From the human T2T-CHM13v2.0 reference genome, Homo sapiens, in assembly GCA_009914755.4 (NCBI GenBank), contig CP068257.2, positions 34,176,001-34,240,000 on the forward strand: a DNA stretch of 64,000 bases. The letters are read 5' to 3'. Below are positions 12,418-29,081 of this stretch, piece by piece; within the stretch, counting starts at the first letter, position 1, and each line of letters begins with the position of its first letter. Made by a program: the position numbers and the translations under genes. Under the pieces are notes generated by a model. It was not told the origin of the DNA, ran no database searches, and was given only the letters and a program-made list of their open reading frames with translations.

Positions 12418-12645
12418 ACCAGAGGTCAGCAAACTTTGTAAAAAGCGGGACAGTAAATGTTTTAAGTTTTGTGGCGTCAGAGAGTCTCTGTTTCACTACT
12501 CACTTCTGCTCATTGTAATACAAAAGCAGCCATATAAAAGGCATAAATAAACTGGCATGGCTGTGCTCCAATAAAACTTTATTTCCAAAAGTAGATGGTG
12601 CACTGGATATGGCCCATGGGCCCTAATATATTGACCCCTACTCTG
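12418..12645 (+). mobile_element. Ancient MER-class (DNA-transposon-type) interspersed repeat fragment; exact family not assigned
   Basis: ccagaggtcagcaaactttgtaaaaagcgggacagtaaatgttttaagttttgtggcgtcag...gcagccatataaaaggcataaataaactggcatggctgtgctccaataaaactttatttccaaaagtagatggtgcactggatatggcccatgggcc. The ggtcagcaaacttt...ccaataaaactttatttacaaaa...ggcccacgggcc pattern matches a common human MER repeat as I recall it. Confidence 0.4.
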
Positions 12646-13307
12646 TACAGCAGCCTTGTTCTATTTGTTGGGTTTTTTCAATAGAAATTGAAAGGATGAA
12701 ATGATGTCTTCATACTTGCAAGATGACTGATCATTATCAACTTAATGGAAAGGGTACACTTGGAGAGTAGAGAAAGACATAGATGACCTGCAAAGCCAGA
12801 ACCAGAGGTCCCCTCCCAGAGCCACTCTACACGGAAACTCCCATAATGCCATTAACAGGTCCTAAATGCCTGGCAGAGAGGAGATGATCAATAAAGACTG
12901 GTACCATTATTATTATCAGGACTAGATTAATACAGCATATGTTACTGAAGTTGTTGAACTATCAACTAAAGACAAAAATGTTTTTTAATCAATCTCATCT
13001 CATAGTTTATGGAACAGGAATTGCCAGCTTCCTTTTCATGGGAAGAAACTGAGGCCTTGGTGGTTAAAAACAGAACCAGAAATTCCAAGTAAAAGGCAGA
13101 GATGGTAAAACCAGATTTGAAACCCTTGCCAAGCACAGACACATGTAGGCACCACTCATGGCCGTTTTCTTGAGCAAAATGGCCCACAAACTATTATACT
13201 TGCAGATTTAGTCCATTTTGCCCAATAAGAATTAATTCTATTGCAGCAACTTGAGGCTCCAATTATCCCTAAACTTTGAAACTCTGCCAGTTCACTAAGA
13301 AACTTTT

Positions 13308-13635
<328 letters not shown>

Positions 13636-13797
13636 CACTGAGAGGTTTTATACATGGAGGCAGCCAGATGTTGGTGGAAAGGGCATGCCATGAGTTGGAG
13701 AGCCTCAGAGGTTTGGGTTCAAGTCCTTGCTTTGGTTTCTCTGTGTTTTAGTTCACTCACCTAATGAAATATGGATCATAATACCTACTGAGTGAGT

Positions 13798-14262
13798 GTT
13801 ATGGTGAATTCTGTCTCCTCAAAAAATGCGTTGGAGTTCAAACTTGTAGTACCTATTAACATGACGTTATTTGAAGACGGAATCTTTACAGAATTAATCG
13901 AGTAAAGACAAGGTCATTGAGGTGAGCTCTAATCCAATATGACTGGTGTCCTTATAAAAATAAGGGGAAAATTTGGGCCCCAAAACAAATATGCATACAG
14001 AAAACACAAAGTGAAGATGGAGGCAGAGATTGGAATTCTGCTGCCACAAACCAAGGACTGTCTGGAACTACCAGAAAAGCTGGAAGAGGCAAGGAAAGAT
14101 TTTTCCCCTACAGGCTTCAGAGAGAACAGGACCCTCCCAACACTTTGCCTTTTTACTTCCTCTGGATTTTTTACTAGCCTCCAGAACTGTCAAACAATAC
14201 ACTCTGTTGTTCTAAGCCATTTAGTTTGTGGTACTTTGTTACCATAGCCCTAGCCAAGTAAC
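13798..14262 (+). mobile_element. MLT1-like MaLR solo LTR
   Basis: gttatggtgaattctgtctcctcaaaaaatgcgttggagttcaaacttgtagtacc...ctaatccaatatgactggtgtccttataaaaataagg...cctccagaactgtcaaacaatacactctgttgttctaagccatttagtttgtggtactttgttaccatagccctagcc. Confidence 0.65.
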
Positions 14263-14401
14263 CTTGTGAAGACTCAATGAGATAATGGAAACAAGTGCAT
14301 CACTCCATGGCCAAGCCATGATGTATGCTCCAGAATGTTTGTGGAAGACATAAGCGTTCTTTTAAATGTCTAGTTTCCATTTAGCAAACCCCTAGTATGT
14401 G

Positions 14402-14810
14402 GCTGTTAGTCAGTTTTGCATTACTATAAAGGAATGCCCGAGGCTGGGTAATTTATAAAGCATAGATATTTTATTTTGGCTCATGGTTCTGCAAACGGTA
14501 CAGGAAGCATGGTGCTGGCATTAGCTTCTAATGGGGCCTCAGGAAGCTTCCAATCATAGTGGAAGGCAAAGGGGGAGCAGGTGTGTCACATGGTGAGTGA
14601 GCCAGCAAGAGGGGGAAGGGGGAGGTCCCGCACTCCTTTAAGCCATCAGTTCTCACATGAACTAATGGAGCGAGACTCACTGATTACCACGAGGACACCA
14701 CTAAGTTATTCATGAGAGATCCGCATGCCCCAAACCCCTCCCACCAGGCCCCACATCTAACATTAGGGATCACATGAGATTTAGAGGGGACAGACATGCA
14801 AACTATATCA
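14402..14810 (-). mobile_element. THE1-like MaLR solo LTR, antisense
   Basis: tgttagtcagttttgcattactataaaggaatgcccgaggctgggtaatttataaag...ggccccacatctaacattagggatcacatgagatttagaggggacagacatgcaaactatatca. Confidence 0.65.
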
Positions 14811-14874
14811 GTGGCATATTAGGATACCTTGTGTATGTTCTCGTCAGTAATTCTTACAATAATGCTATGAAATA

Positions 14875-14990
14875 TGGGGGTTATCAGTCTCACCCACATT
14901 ATAAATGACGAGACTGGAGCCCAAGGAGGTTAAGTGACTTGTGCAAGGTGACACAGCTGGGAAGTGGTCACTGCGTGGCACTGATTCATT
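14875..14990 (-). mobile_element. MIR SINE core fragment
   Basis: gactggagcccaaggaggttaagtgacttgtgcaaggtgacacagctgggaagtggtcactg, which resembles the reverse complement of the MIR core ...gtgtgaccttgggcaagtcacttaacctctctgagcctcag. Confidence 0.55.
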
Positions 14991-15209
14991 TAGGGTAAGT
15001 CACCAAGGTATCCTGAATGCAGCAATGACATTAGAGGAATCAAGTGGTCAGAGTTGTTCAAAAGCATGTTCCACATGAATATGTAACATAAGGGATCCAT
15101 AACATTGGAAAGCCTATTCTAAGCAATTTCAGTGGCATACTTCATACTATAGACCTTTAGAAGTATTATGTAATTTAATTCCACAAAAGGATATGAAATC
15201 CAGAGGATA

Positions 15210-16003
15210 TAGTGGACATAGAGATGTGCTGCCTATCCAGATCCTCCTTCAAAGAAGGGCTTGCAATCAAAACCACAATGAGATACCATCTCACATCAGT
15301 CAGGATGGCCATCATTAAAAAGTGAAAAATAACAGATGCAGGGAGGTTGTGGAGAAAAAAGAACACATATACACTGTTTGTGGGAGTATAAATTAGTTCA
15401 ACCATTGTGGAAAGCAGTATGGCGATTCCTTGAAGAGCTAAAAACAGAACTACCATTTGACTCAGCAATCCTATTACTGGGAATATACCCAAAGGAATAT
15501 AAATCATTCTACCATAAACACACATGCATGTGAATGTTCACTGTGGCACCATTCACAGCAGCAAAGACATGGAATCAACCTAAATGCCCATCAATGACAG
15601 ATTGGATAAAGAACATATGGTACATATACACCATGGAATACTGTGCAGGCATAACAAAAGAACTAAATCATGTCTTTTGTAGGAACATGGATGGAGCTGG
15701 AGGCCATTATCCTTAGCAAACTAAACAGGAACAGAAAACCCAATACCCCATGGTCTCACTTATAAGTGGGAGCTAAATGAAGAGAACACATGGACACAAA
15801 GAAGGGAACAACAGACACTGGAGTCTACTTGAAGGTGGAGGGTGGGAGGAGGGAGAGAAGCAGAAAAGATAACTACTGGGTACTAGGTTTAATACCTGGG
15901 TGATGAAATAACCTGTACAATAAACCCCGATGACATGAGTTTACCTATATAACCTTCACATGGACCCTGCACCTAAAATAAAAGTTAAAAAAAAAAAAGA
16001 AGA
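15210..16003 (+). mobile_element. LINE-1 3' end (old L1PA/L1PB-type) with a poly-A tail
   Basis: ...caaaaccacaatgagataccatctcacatcagtcaggatggccatcattaaaaag...aattagttcaaccattgtggaaagcagtatggcgattccttgaagagctaaaaacagaactaccatttgac...ccatggaatactgtgcaggcataacaaaagaactaaatcatgtcttttgtaggaacatggatggagctggaggccattatccttagcaaactaa...aaaagttaaaaaaaaaaaa. Confidence 0.85.
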
Positions 16004-18582
16004 GCTTGCTGCCCAAGCTGTCAACTCCTTTAGTGTTGCCTGAGCTATAGAAAGACCTCGCCCAATGTCATGGTCTTCTGGTGCAGTCTACACCGAGTGA
16101 CTGAACAAGAGGACCAGCTACTTCAGAATTTCAGTGCTGAAGGGTCATGCTCGCTGTAGAGCTCCCCACTTCTAGGCTGGCAGAGGTGTTGTCAGGCCTG
16201 TATTATGGGTGGGCATCTCCCTCCTTAGCCTACTCTCCCTGCCCTACTTTCTTCATTAGACATTGTTTCCTACTGATATGCTGCACACCAAACTCCATCT
16301 CTATGTCTGCTTCAGAGAACCCAGGTTTTGCATCTTCCTTCAGCTGGCAAGAAACAATATTGGCCCAGATACGAAGCTGATAAAATATCCAGGGAGAGAA
16401 AAGATCCTAAAATCTAGGCCCTTGTAACTTGAGACCAGAAGGACAAAATGCAGTGAGGTGTGAAGGAAGGGCTTAAGTGCCTGTAAAAAAAGCTCCAGCC
16501 CAGTCTCTGGACAGATGTGAGGTCCCATTGACTTAAAATCCAAAGAAAGAATCTCCGTGAAATAACACTAAAATGCAAGAGTTCATCTTCCCTGCAGCGT
16601 TCAGAAATAGTCCCTCTATTATCTGTAGAATCAAATCTGTAAGACCAGATAACTGTATTTTAAAGGAATCCATGATAAGAACATTGGAACTTGATATTTC
16701 AAATTCAATGGATCAATTCCAAAAAACGTACATGTATGGCTATGAAAAGCCTACTAAAATAAATGGCATTTCAGATTCTCAAAGTCATTGAAAAAAAGAT
16801 TTTGAAAGTCTTGTGATATGGGCAAAAACCCCTGGCTGACAAGCAATTGTTTCCTATGTATACATATTCACATGTCCACTTAAGGTCAAGATCAAAAGAA
16901 GCTAAGTAAGAACAGAGGAGAGGAAGGACTAAATTGTTCCTTGAGAATTTTTGAGCTGATTAAAAATTTACAGAGAAAAGAATTCATTCCAAACATTCAC
17001 TTCGGAACTCCCGTTTGAAGGGAGCCTGGTACTTTATTGCTAAACCCTGCCTTTCAAGTGATCTGATTACCCCTTATCAGGGACCATTAGTGTCTCAACC
17101 CATCCGCTGTTCGACCTTAATTTCCTTAAAGAAAAACCTTCTTTGGCATGCAACTCCTCCCCTGGTTCACCCCATGGAGTATCCAAGGAATAAAGACACA
17201 CTGAAACATCCGGCACCAAAAAGTCAAGTCACCTCCTGCCAACTCTAACACACCATTCCACACTCCCGCCACAGAACAATACCATCTTCCTGCCCCAAGC
17301 TTTGCTGAGCAACAGAAAGACAAAATGGCATCCAATGTTGAATACGATGATTACGAAATATGTAGCAGGCCAGAGTTAATGAGACTGTGAGAGCTTTCAG
17401 CCCTGCCTTTTCCATTTATGGGTCAGGAACCAGAAACCCACAGTCACATGGGGCAGTAGAGGTCAAGTCTAGATTTCCGAATTCAAACCAGGCTTAATTC
17501 CACTACAAAGCGTCACCACCCACATCATATTTTTCTCCCACAGCATGACTTAAGGAGAAAACAAACCCTTCAGGCTGATTTGATCTAGGAATGTCATCTC
17601 TCCTTTGTTATTATATGCATGTGGTATTATAGACATTTTAAAGATAATTCGGGAAAACTGAGATCCACCACCAAAGAATAATGGCTAGGGAAGAAGAACC
17701 CATTTTGAATTAAAATCCCGTGCATATTGGTCTCATTTTAAAATGTGGTCTCTCCCTAGTTTCCACTAAGGGGAAAAAAAGATACAGAAAAGAAGATATA
17801 GAAAAAGGGGGAACCCTATAAGAACAGTGAAACTATGACTGGCAGGCAAACTTTTACCAGAATGTGGAAGGAGATGCCACTAATTACAAAGATAAATCCA
17901 ACAGCGCCCCTCTGGAGCTCTGATTTTCGTCCATCACCATGCTCAGAATCGCAGGTCTGTATGCACAGAAAAACAGCTCAGCCATTCCCATAGGGTGTGG
18001 GTGTGGGTTTGTCGATAGTTAAGAGTCCCTTCCGAGCCGGACTTTCTACTTTTATCTCAAAGAGGAAACTAACTAAATGACATAGTGACTGGGAGAGAGG
18101 GGTGACCAAGGAGGGCGTTGCAGGGTTGGTGGGCGGCTCCAAGCTCTTGAGTGAGCAAAGAGCCTCAGGAGGTGGAGAGGTGATGCAGGGGCAGGGGGCA
18201 GGCTTTGTCATGCGTGCCACCAGTTCAGGGTCAGGAAAGCAAATGGCAAAGGGAGAATCAGGGGTCACATGTAAATTAAGTGGTTGAAATTTAAAGGGTT
18301 GCTGGTGAGACCAGGAAGAATGGCAAGAAAACATTTGTCATCGTAAAGTATATCTCTGCTTTATGGCTGGTTAAGGAAAAAGGAAACAGATTTGATTATA
18401 CAGAAGACAAACCTGAAATTTGTAGGAAAAGTTAGGTGCTCGGGATGAATGGGAGGAGATATGGAGGTAAAAATGAAGACCAAGAAAATAACAGATAACC
18501 CAGAATGACTTAAATACTGTGAATTCTTGAGGAGGAAACAAGAGAGGCTGAAAAGAGAGCTTTGATTTAAAAGCATTCATGA

Positions 18583-18888
<306 letters not shown>

Positions 18889-19184
18889 TCATTCATGAAA
18901 ACTTTAAAGAGTTAAAAAAATAACCAATATGCAGAGGAAAATTTGTATTTACCATGTTCCAACCTAAACTGATGAGAGAAGCCCCCAGTGAAAGGTGTTC
19001 TAACAACTCTTAAGTCATATGAATGGATTCAAAAGGCATATAAGTATTCAACCAGAGGAAAAAAGAAGCCATCTACAACAGAACAAAAAGGAAACACCTT
19101 CAGTTGTTCCTTCTATAACACTAAAAACTAAGGGAAAATGCAATACAATTTTGGCTAAATTTAAATTTAAGATTATTAAGAGAT

Positions 19185-21300
<2,116 letters not shown>

Positions 21301-22791
21301 CCACCATAATCAGATTCGCACAAGGAATGCTGGGCTCTTTAATATTAGGCATTGTATTAATATAATATGACACATTTGGGCCAATTAGGGAAACAGCATG
21401 ACACTCTTCAGCTAGATAAAAAGAGTTGCTAGAGTCAGCTGTTCACATACTAAATAGATATCAGAGAAAAAATAAGTTTCCAGATATCCAGATAATTCTT
21501 TAAGAAGAAAAGGATCAAAGTGTAAATTATCCAGATGTCTGAGATTAAAACATTCATTAGTTCAAACAGAATGTCCTCTGAGAAAGAGAAATAGAACTCC
21601 AGAAGCCATTTCCTTCTTATTACAAGCAATAGGAATGCCCCATTCCTAAAGAAGGCCGTCCAGAACGCCAACCTTACTGCAATTTGGTGCAGGCCATTGG
21701 CCCTCTGTTAGGCCATGGATTCTCTCTTGCTCTGCTCAGTGTCTAGCCTCAGCTCAAGTCCCACTTCATCCCCTCCAGGAAGCTCCTGCTAACACCCTCT
21801 TCTCTTCCTTCCCTCCTGACCTCTGGGACAAAACTCTCTGGGAACACTCCGTCCTGTTCACTATTTCCTTGTCTGTCTCTCCTGAGACCACAAACTCCTG
21901 CAGGCCCTGGTTTGTGTCATATAATTTCATTATCCAACCCTGCAACACAGAGTAAGTACTCAATTAATATTCTTTGTTTAATTAATCAATATACCAAAAA
22001 TTTTCAAGTACATATCTGTATTAATTTCTGTGCAGCAAAACAATTCTAAATTAATAATGGAGTCATGTTTTCCTCCAACAAATCAGTCCGAAACCCTAAT
22101 GCAGGCATGCACATAGGTACACTCTGAGCAAGTTTTAAGTCATTTCCTGATTCCAGCCCTGGCACTTGAGCTTTTAGAGCTTGCCACATGAATCTAGGGA
22201 ACAAAAGCTAAAAAGCATTCCGCTGTCATTTTTCTTCCTGGTTCTGTTTCATCTGTGTAGACAGTGAGAAAACACAACTAGGCCAATCCAGGTTTCCCAT
22301 TTCAATTACCTGCTGGTAAAGGGTAATCTTCAAATGAAACTTTAAACCAAAGAATTTACCTTACTCAGCTAATGGCCCAAATGTCTCCTTCGGCAAAACC
22401 CAAGAGAATCTCCCTCTCTTTTAAAAGGCAACTTTCTGTTTTTTCACATTGCCTGCACCAAGTTACACTAATCAAGACCACACTAATGTGGCCACGTTCC
22501 ACCCCTTAACCAATTGGCCAAGCTTCATGGGAATAAAAATTGCTCCAAAAACTGAGAATCCTAAGTACTGCAGGTACTAACTGGGGTGGGGAAAGCCTGT
22601 TCTGCTTCATTACTCCCACACTGGAATTATATTATAACATAGATTAAAAAAAACCCTGGAATCCACCAAGAAATTGACTGACGTTAATATTTGAGGAAAT
22701 GGCAAAGGAAAGTTGTTCAATTTTTGTGTGCCTTGTTGCATTCTGGGCTTAGGGTTTGCTGCTCTACTTTCTTATTGGGTCTTGAAATGGA

Positions 22792-23012
22792 TTTTTTTTT
22801 TTTTCAAGAGACAGGATCTAGCACTGTCGCCCAGGCTGGAGAGCAGTGGCACAATCACAGCTCACTGCAGTCTCAAACTCTTGGGCTCCAATGATCCTGC
22901 CACTTCAGCCTCCTGAGTAGCTGGAACTCTAGGGACACCCCACCACACCCGGCTAATTTTTTTTTATTATTATTATCTTTATGGAGATGGGGTCTTAATA
23001 TGTTGCCCAGGC
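22792..23012 (-). mobile_element. Alu SINE, antisense, truncated
   Basis: poly-T then caagagacaggatctagcactgtcgcccaggctggagagcagtggcacaatcacagctcactgcag...ctttatggagatggggtcttaatatgttgcccaggctt. Confidence 0.8.
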
Positions 23013-23021
23013 TTCAAGGAG

Positions 23022-23341
<320 letters not shown>

Positions 23342-26023
23342 TCAAGCAGTTTTTTTAAAGAATCAGGACAGTCGTAAACGTTCAGTTAAACAGAAGGTGG
23401 AAGGTACAGCCTAGGAGGGTGCTAGTGGATTGTCTGAAGAAAGCAAACAGCAGACAGACAAGATTAGCATTGACAGCAAGACCACATCCGCATCACACAA
23501 AAGGAAGAGGAGGCTGGCAGGAATCCAGGAAACCTTAGCGATGAAGTCAGCAAATCCAAATTATTCCGTACAAATCCCCATTTTCCAAAAGATGGGCCAG
23601 GTCCATAAATATATCCACAAGCCCGTCGGCTAAACTTGTGGACGCCTACCTAAATATTTCAGATGTGGGAGCAGAGCGTCTACTGTGTTAAAAAGCCATT
23701 TTTACCCATCTCTTTACATCACAAAGCAATTATTTCTCACCTGCCACTTTAATTTGTACTGACAACCTAATGTCGGACACTACCAAAGAGAACAAATGAA
23801 AAATAGAAAGAATAGTTAGTCTCCTATATGACATATGTTTATGCCAAAAAGATTAGTTAAAAATCCATCTTCCTCTACCTGAATTTACAGGATGTTTGAG
23901 GGAACTGTCAGGAAAATCATTACTAATGAAGTACCAGACTATGTGAAACAATGGTTACAAAGGAAATTTAAAAGACAAGTGCAATTGCAGATGTCACAGA
24001 TTTTTCATTAGCAAAGGAAGATGCTGGGAAACTTTATGTTTTTGGAAGAGTCTGTGATCATTACAAGAGCGCTATATCTTATCCAATCCTGTATTCCCAT
24101 CCAACTCTCAGCCTTTTCTCTCTACTCACACTCCTCCTACTATGTCTGGGTACTTGACCTCTCCTATAAAAACTGGAAAGGAAATTACTGTGATCCTCCA
24201 TCCCTGCCAACCAAACACCAGACCTCCTTTTTGGCTAGCACTGCCTATGATATTAATAAACCATCCATCCTTGAACTACCCATTCAAAGTGACCTACAAA
24301 TATGCAAACCATCATAACTCACCCAGCTCCCTGAGGCATCCCAATATCCCACCCAGGAGCCCACAGGAAGATAGCTTTGCCCATGAAAGGGATGGGGCTT
24401 AGTCTAAAGATATACACCCAACTATGCCTGTGGCCACTAGGTTCTCGCACGGGGAGTACGAGCAGTGAAATCACAAAGAGAGGATGGGAAAGACAAAGAG
24501 CAGGAGTGGAGGCCCAAGGGTGGTAGTTTGCAAAGTGGGCTCAAATGATTCATCTGTCCACACAGATAGGCCCTCCGTGCCCTTTGTCTAGTAACTTGAT
24601 CTTTTTAATGAAAAAGCCTGGCTATGCAACCAAGGAATAATGGGAAGACATCGCAGCAAGAAGAAAAGAGCAATAATTCACCATCCTCAGACTTCTCCTA
24701 GAACATTTTCATCTCAGTTTCTTTTTATTGCCCACGTCAACTTGAGAAACCAGACTTGCAGTGGCTTGGCCCATCCTAGACTTTTCTTCCTCCCAAAGTT
24801 CACGCATTGGCCAACGTTGTCATTCCCCATTTCCTTGGTGCTAATAAAAAGAGCAATTGTATCTCACGCTTGCATTGGCAAATGAATGAGTGACTGGGAA
24901 TGTGGCTCCATGACCACTATTTCTATAAAATTTGTTCTAAAAAAAATTCAACAAAAATACTAATAAAAACCTTTATGGTGAAGGACTATAAATCTATGAA
25001 GTGGCTCAGAGTCCAATTTCCCTTTTTTACATACATCAAATACCAAGAATCAGACTCATAACAGTTGTGAGATGGCTTAGTGAGACCCCAAAGATGTACC
25101 AATCCCACAGGTTGGGATTCACCTCTGAATCCATACAAATAATATTCCCATTGTATCGAGTGTGTTTTTAGTTAGAAAAACTCTAGTTCTTATATCAGGG
25201 ATAGGTAATTAGGATTATTTTGCTTTGAGCAAAACCCATGAAGCTGAAAAAGTCAACTCATTTGTGCAGAGGAGAGGGAACTCTGCCAAGTCCTGAGACA
25301 TAAACCTGGACCTAGACCTCAGCCTGTGCAGGAGATAGGAGGACAGCCAAGGTTTTTGACTCTACACTCCTCCAGGAATCCAGCCTGTGCAGCGCCAGGG
25401 GCCCTGAGAGCCCATGGAGACAGAAGGATGCAACAGTCAGGGTGACAGCATCCTCGCCTAGCCAGGGGCATGGCAGGGCTCCAACGTCTGTGGGAAATTA
25501 GTGTGCAGACTCGGGGCTGACGAAGAAGTCTCCCCTAGGGACTGCTCACCCAAGGTCTCAGGAGAGATGAGGGTGCGACGTTTTCAGATGGGGTAGGCAG
25601 CACACCTGGGGCTCACCAGACTTACAGTAGAAGAGAATGGAAGTCACTGCAGATCCCATTCACCGGTGGAAATGGGCTGCCCTATACACCAGTTGGAATA
25701 GGCTGAAGAACTGAGCAGGACTGAACCTGCAGGTAGATGGGCTTTCTACCCACAACTGGGCCAGGCTGGGATGGACACAACCATGGTGAAAAAGATACCC
25801 AGAGGCAAGATGGGCAGCAGCCCAGGTCCATTTCACATCAGTGAGGAAGCACTGCAGCCCTTGTGCCTAGAAACAGCACTTTTATTACAGGTGCTGCTGA
25901 TGGGCTGAGTCAAGTGTTAAACGATGCGTTTGCTGTTGAATAGAAATCACTTCTGAAGCCTGTACTCTGTTCGGTTCCCAAGCATTTACTGAGCATGAGC
26001 AAGGTGTTGGCATCTGAAGATGA

Positions 26024-26410
<387 letters not shown>

Positions 26411-26937
26411 TGCTGCTTCTTTACTTTGTATTCAACAAGGGAATCCTTGCTTAGGAGTCAAGTTTTACATTGACAACAGCCTTTCTGAGTTTTGTTATTT
26501 GTTTGTTTGCTTGCTTTTTTTTTTTTAAACGAAGTTTTAGCTCCACGGCTTTTTAAAAAATATGAAATTCACTTTACATGTTTTTTCTAAGTGGATTTTA
26601 TAATGTATGTAATATGGATAGTGTTAAGACTGTGTAGCAGGTTTCAGGATCTAATGACTGTTTTTAACTTAGAACTTCAGAAGCTATAGAATTAATAAGA
26701 ACTTTTTGTTTTTTACTTAACACTTGGTGCCATTTTCACATCACCAATATATGATACACAAATGCAGCTGAGGAAGACACTTCATACTTTCTCATTGTTT
26801 CTGTGAATAGCATGAGGCAGTCATCCATTAAGTGGAGTAATACATGGACCCTTTTTATAAGAAACCAATTTCACACACTTACCTCTCCTCATCTTTAGAC
26901 CCTACCTGCTCAGTAAGTTTGAGGGTGGAGTAGAGGA

Positions 26938-27366
26938 TGTGCCTGTGGTGGTTCATTTCCTATGTCAGCCTGACCGGCCATGGGGGTGCTCCAATTAAGC
27001 ATTATTTTGGGGTGTGTCTGAGAGGGTGTTTCAGACGAGAGCAGCATTTGAATTGGTGGATTCATAAAGTAAATGGCTCTCCCCATTGTGGGTGGGCACC
27101 ATCTCATCTGTTGAGAGCCTGCACAGAACAAAAGGCAGGGGAAGGAGGAATTGATCCTTTTTGCTTCCTGCCCACCCACCTGAGCTGCTACAGCTCATCT
27201 GATCTCCTGCCCTTAGACTGGGAGCTACAACACCAGCTTCCGTGGTTCTCGGGGCTTCGAACTTCTCCTAAATTACACCACTGCCTTTCCTGGGTCTCCA
27301 GCTTGCAGAAGGCACAGCATGGACTTCTCCTCTTCTGTAATGGAGTGAGCCAATTCCTGACAATAG

Positions 27367-27400
<34 letters not shown>

Positions 27401-27459
27401 ACATGTATATGTAAAGGGTTTGTTTTATTGGTTCTGTTTCTCTGGAGAACCCTAATAGG
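26938..27459 (+). mobile_element. MaLR solo LTR (diverged MST/MLT-type) containing a (GT)n microsatellite
   Basis: tgtgcctgtggtggttcatttcctatgtcagcctgaccggccatggg...gggtgtttcagacgagagcagcatttgaattggtggattcataaagtaa...ccattgtgggtgggcaccatctcatctgttgagagcctgcacagaacaaaaggcag...gggtctccagcttgcagaaggcacagc...gagccaattcctgacaatagg...ttggttctgtttctctggagaaccctaatagg, which tracks the MST-type consensus layout. Confidence 0.6.
27369..27398. repeat. (GT)15 dinucleotide microsatellite
   Basis: gtgtgtgtgtgtgtgtgtgtgtgtgtgtgt. Confidence 0.95.
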
Positions 27460-28356
27460 GTGCTCCTGGAGTAATTTCTATTCAATACCAAATGTATCAG
27501 ATCATCAGCACGGGCAACTTGTTTTAAATTATAATATTTCTTAAACACAAATGATCAAAAACTAGAAATAAACTCCTTCTGATTAGAGCACTGCTGCAAC
27601 TATAAAATTAAAATAATATTTAAAATAAACACAATCAAAACAGTAAAAAGCCACACAATTTCAAGTTGATATATCTATGTTAACATGCAGGTAGTGATGT
27701 GACTATACCTGTGACTGCCGAGGCATCTGTGGTCTGAGTCTGGCCTGTGGCATGACCATGAGTGCCATGAGCTATGTGTTTCCCCAACACTTCTCTCCAC
27801 TCACACCATGGCGAGTCTTTGCTTAGACAGCACTTAGGTGATAATCTAGATCCTTCACATGCAGTGAAATCTCACTGTTTATATCCTAGGTCTACCTTGA
27901 TTCCTTTTTGCACTGGCATATGACAAAAACATGAGTCTCTGCTGCTTTGCTACACCAGGGTCTCTTCACCACAGCATGCCCACGGAGTGCTTATCACCAT
28001 CTGCTTAATCAGTTTCACAATGGAGCATCTCCTCATTGTCTCTAACTTCAGCCCCTCTTCTTTTCAGAGGCAGGTGCTGAGATGCCTCCCAAAATCAGAC
28101 TTGGAATGATAGTCCCAGATTGTGCCAGGTTCCAAGAATCCACGTAGAGTTTAGGTTCTAAAACAATCACCCAAGGCAAAAATTAAAGTCTAAATTATGC
28201 TTGAAATTTTCCTAAATTGCTAATCAAGTATAAGATACATAGCTTTATCTACACAGACCTCTATAGTAATTATTTTGCTCGCTTAAGTTTAAGAACCACT
28301 GAAACAGACTGCTACAGACTGAATGTTTGCGTCCCCTCAAAATGTATATGTTGACA

Positions 28357-28650
28357 GGCTGGGCACGGTGGCTCACACTTGTAATTCCAACACTTTGGAA
28401 GGTGAAGACTGAAGGATCACTTGAGGCCAGGAGTTCAGACCAGCCTGGCAAATATAGCAAGACCTCATCTCTACAAAAAATTTAAAAATTAGCCAGGTAT
28501 GGTGGCACATGGCTCTAGTACCAGCTACTCAGGAGGCTGAGGCAGGATCATCTCTGGAGCCCAGGAGTTCGAGGCAGCAGTGAGCCATGATCATTCCCAC
28601 TGCACTCCAGCCTGAGTGGTAGAATGAGACCCAGTCTCTTTATATATATA
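28357..28650 (+). mobile_element. AluJ-like (old) SINE, sense, followed by (TA)n and (TG)n simple sequence
   Basis: ggctgggcacggtggctcacacttgtaattccaacactttggaaggtgaagactgaaggatcacttgaggccaggagttcagaccagcctggcaaatatagcaagacc...cactgcactccagcctgagtggtagaatgagacccagtctctttatatatata. Confidence 0.85.
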
Positions 28651-28768
28651 AAAATATGTGTGTGTAATATATATGCAGTTTATCACATAGATATTTTGCA
28701 TATGCAACGCAGTTCTGTAAATTCAGTGTTGCATTGAGAATTTATTGTCCTTCCATATATATATGGAA

Positions 28769-29081
28769 ATCCTAACCCTTAATGTGATGGTATTTGAAGG
28801 TGGGGGGCTTTGAAAGGTAATCAGGTCACCTCATGAATGGGATTAGTGCCCTTATAAAAGAGACCTCAGAGAGCTCCCTCACCACATCTAACATATGAGA
28901 ACTCAGTGAAGACAGTATTCTATGAACCAGGAAGTGGGCCCTCACCAGACATCAAATCTGCCAGCACCTTGATTTTGGACTTCCCAGCCTCCAGAACCAC
29001 GAGAAATAAATGTCTATTGTTTATAAAAGCCACCCAAGCTATGGTACTTTACCATAGCAGCTCAAACTGACTAAGCCACAG
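28769..29081 (+). mobile_element. MLT1-like MaLR LTR, 5'-truncated
   Basis: tcctaacccttaatgtgatggtatttgaaggtggggggctttgaaaggtaatcaggtcacctcatgaatgggattagtgcccttataaaagagacctcagagagc...cttggattttggacttcccagcctccagaaccacgagaaataaatgtctattgtttataaaagccacccaagctatggtactttaccatagcagctcaaactgactaagccacag. Confidence 0.7.

Noticed and set aside
17978-18334. 118 aa proline-rich ORF on the minus strand in unique sequence
   Set aside because: It is low-complexity (P/S/T-rich), has no plausible splice context, and lies antisense to a G-rich tract. This is typical of a random ORF in GC-skewed DNA.
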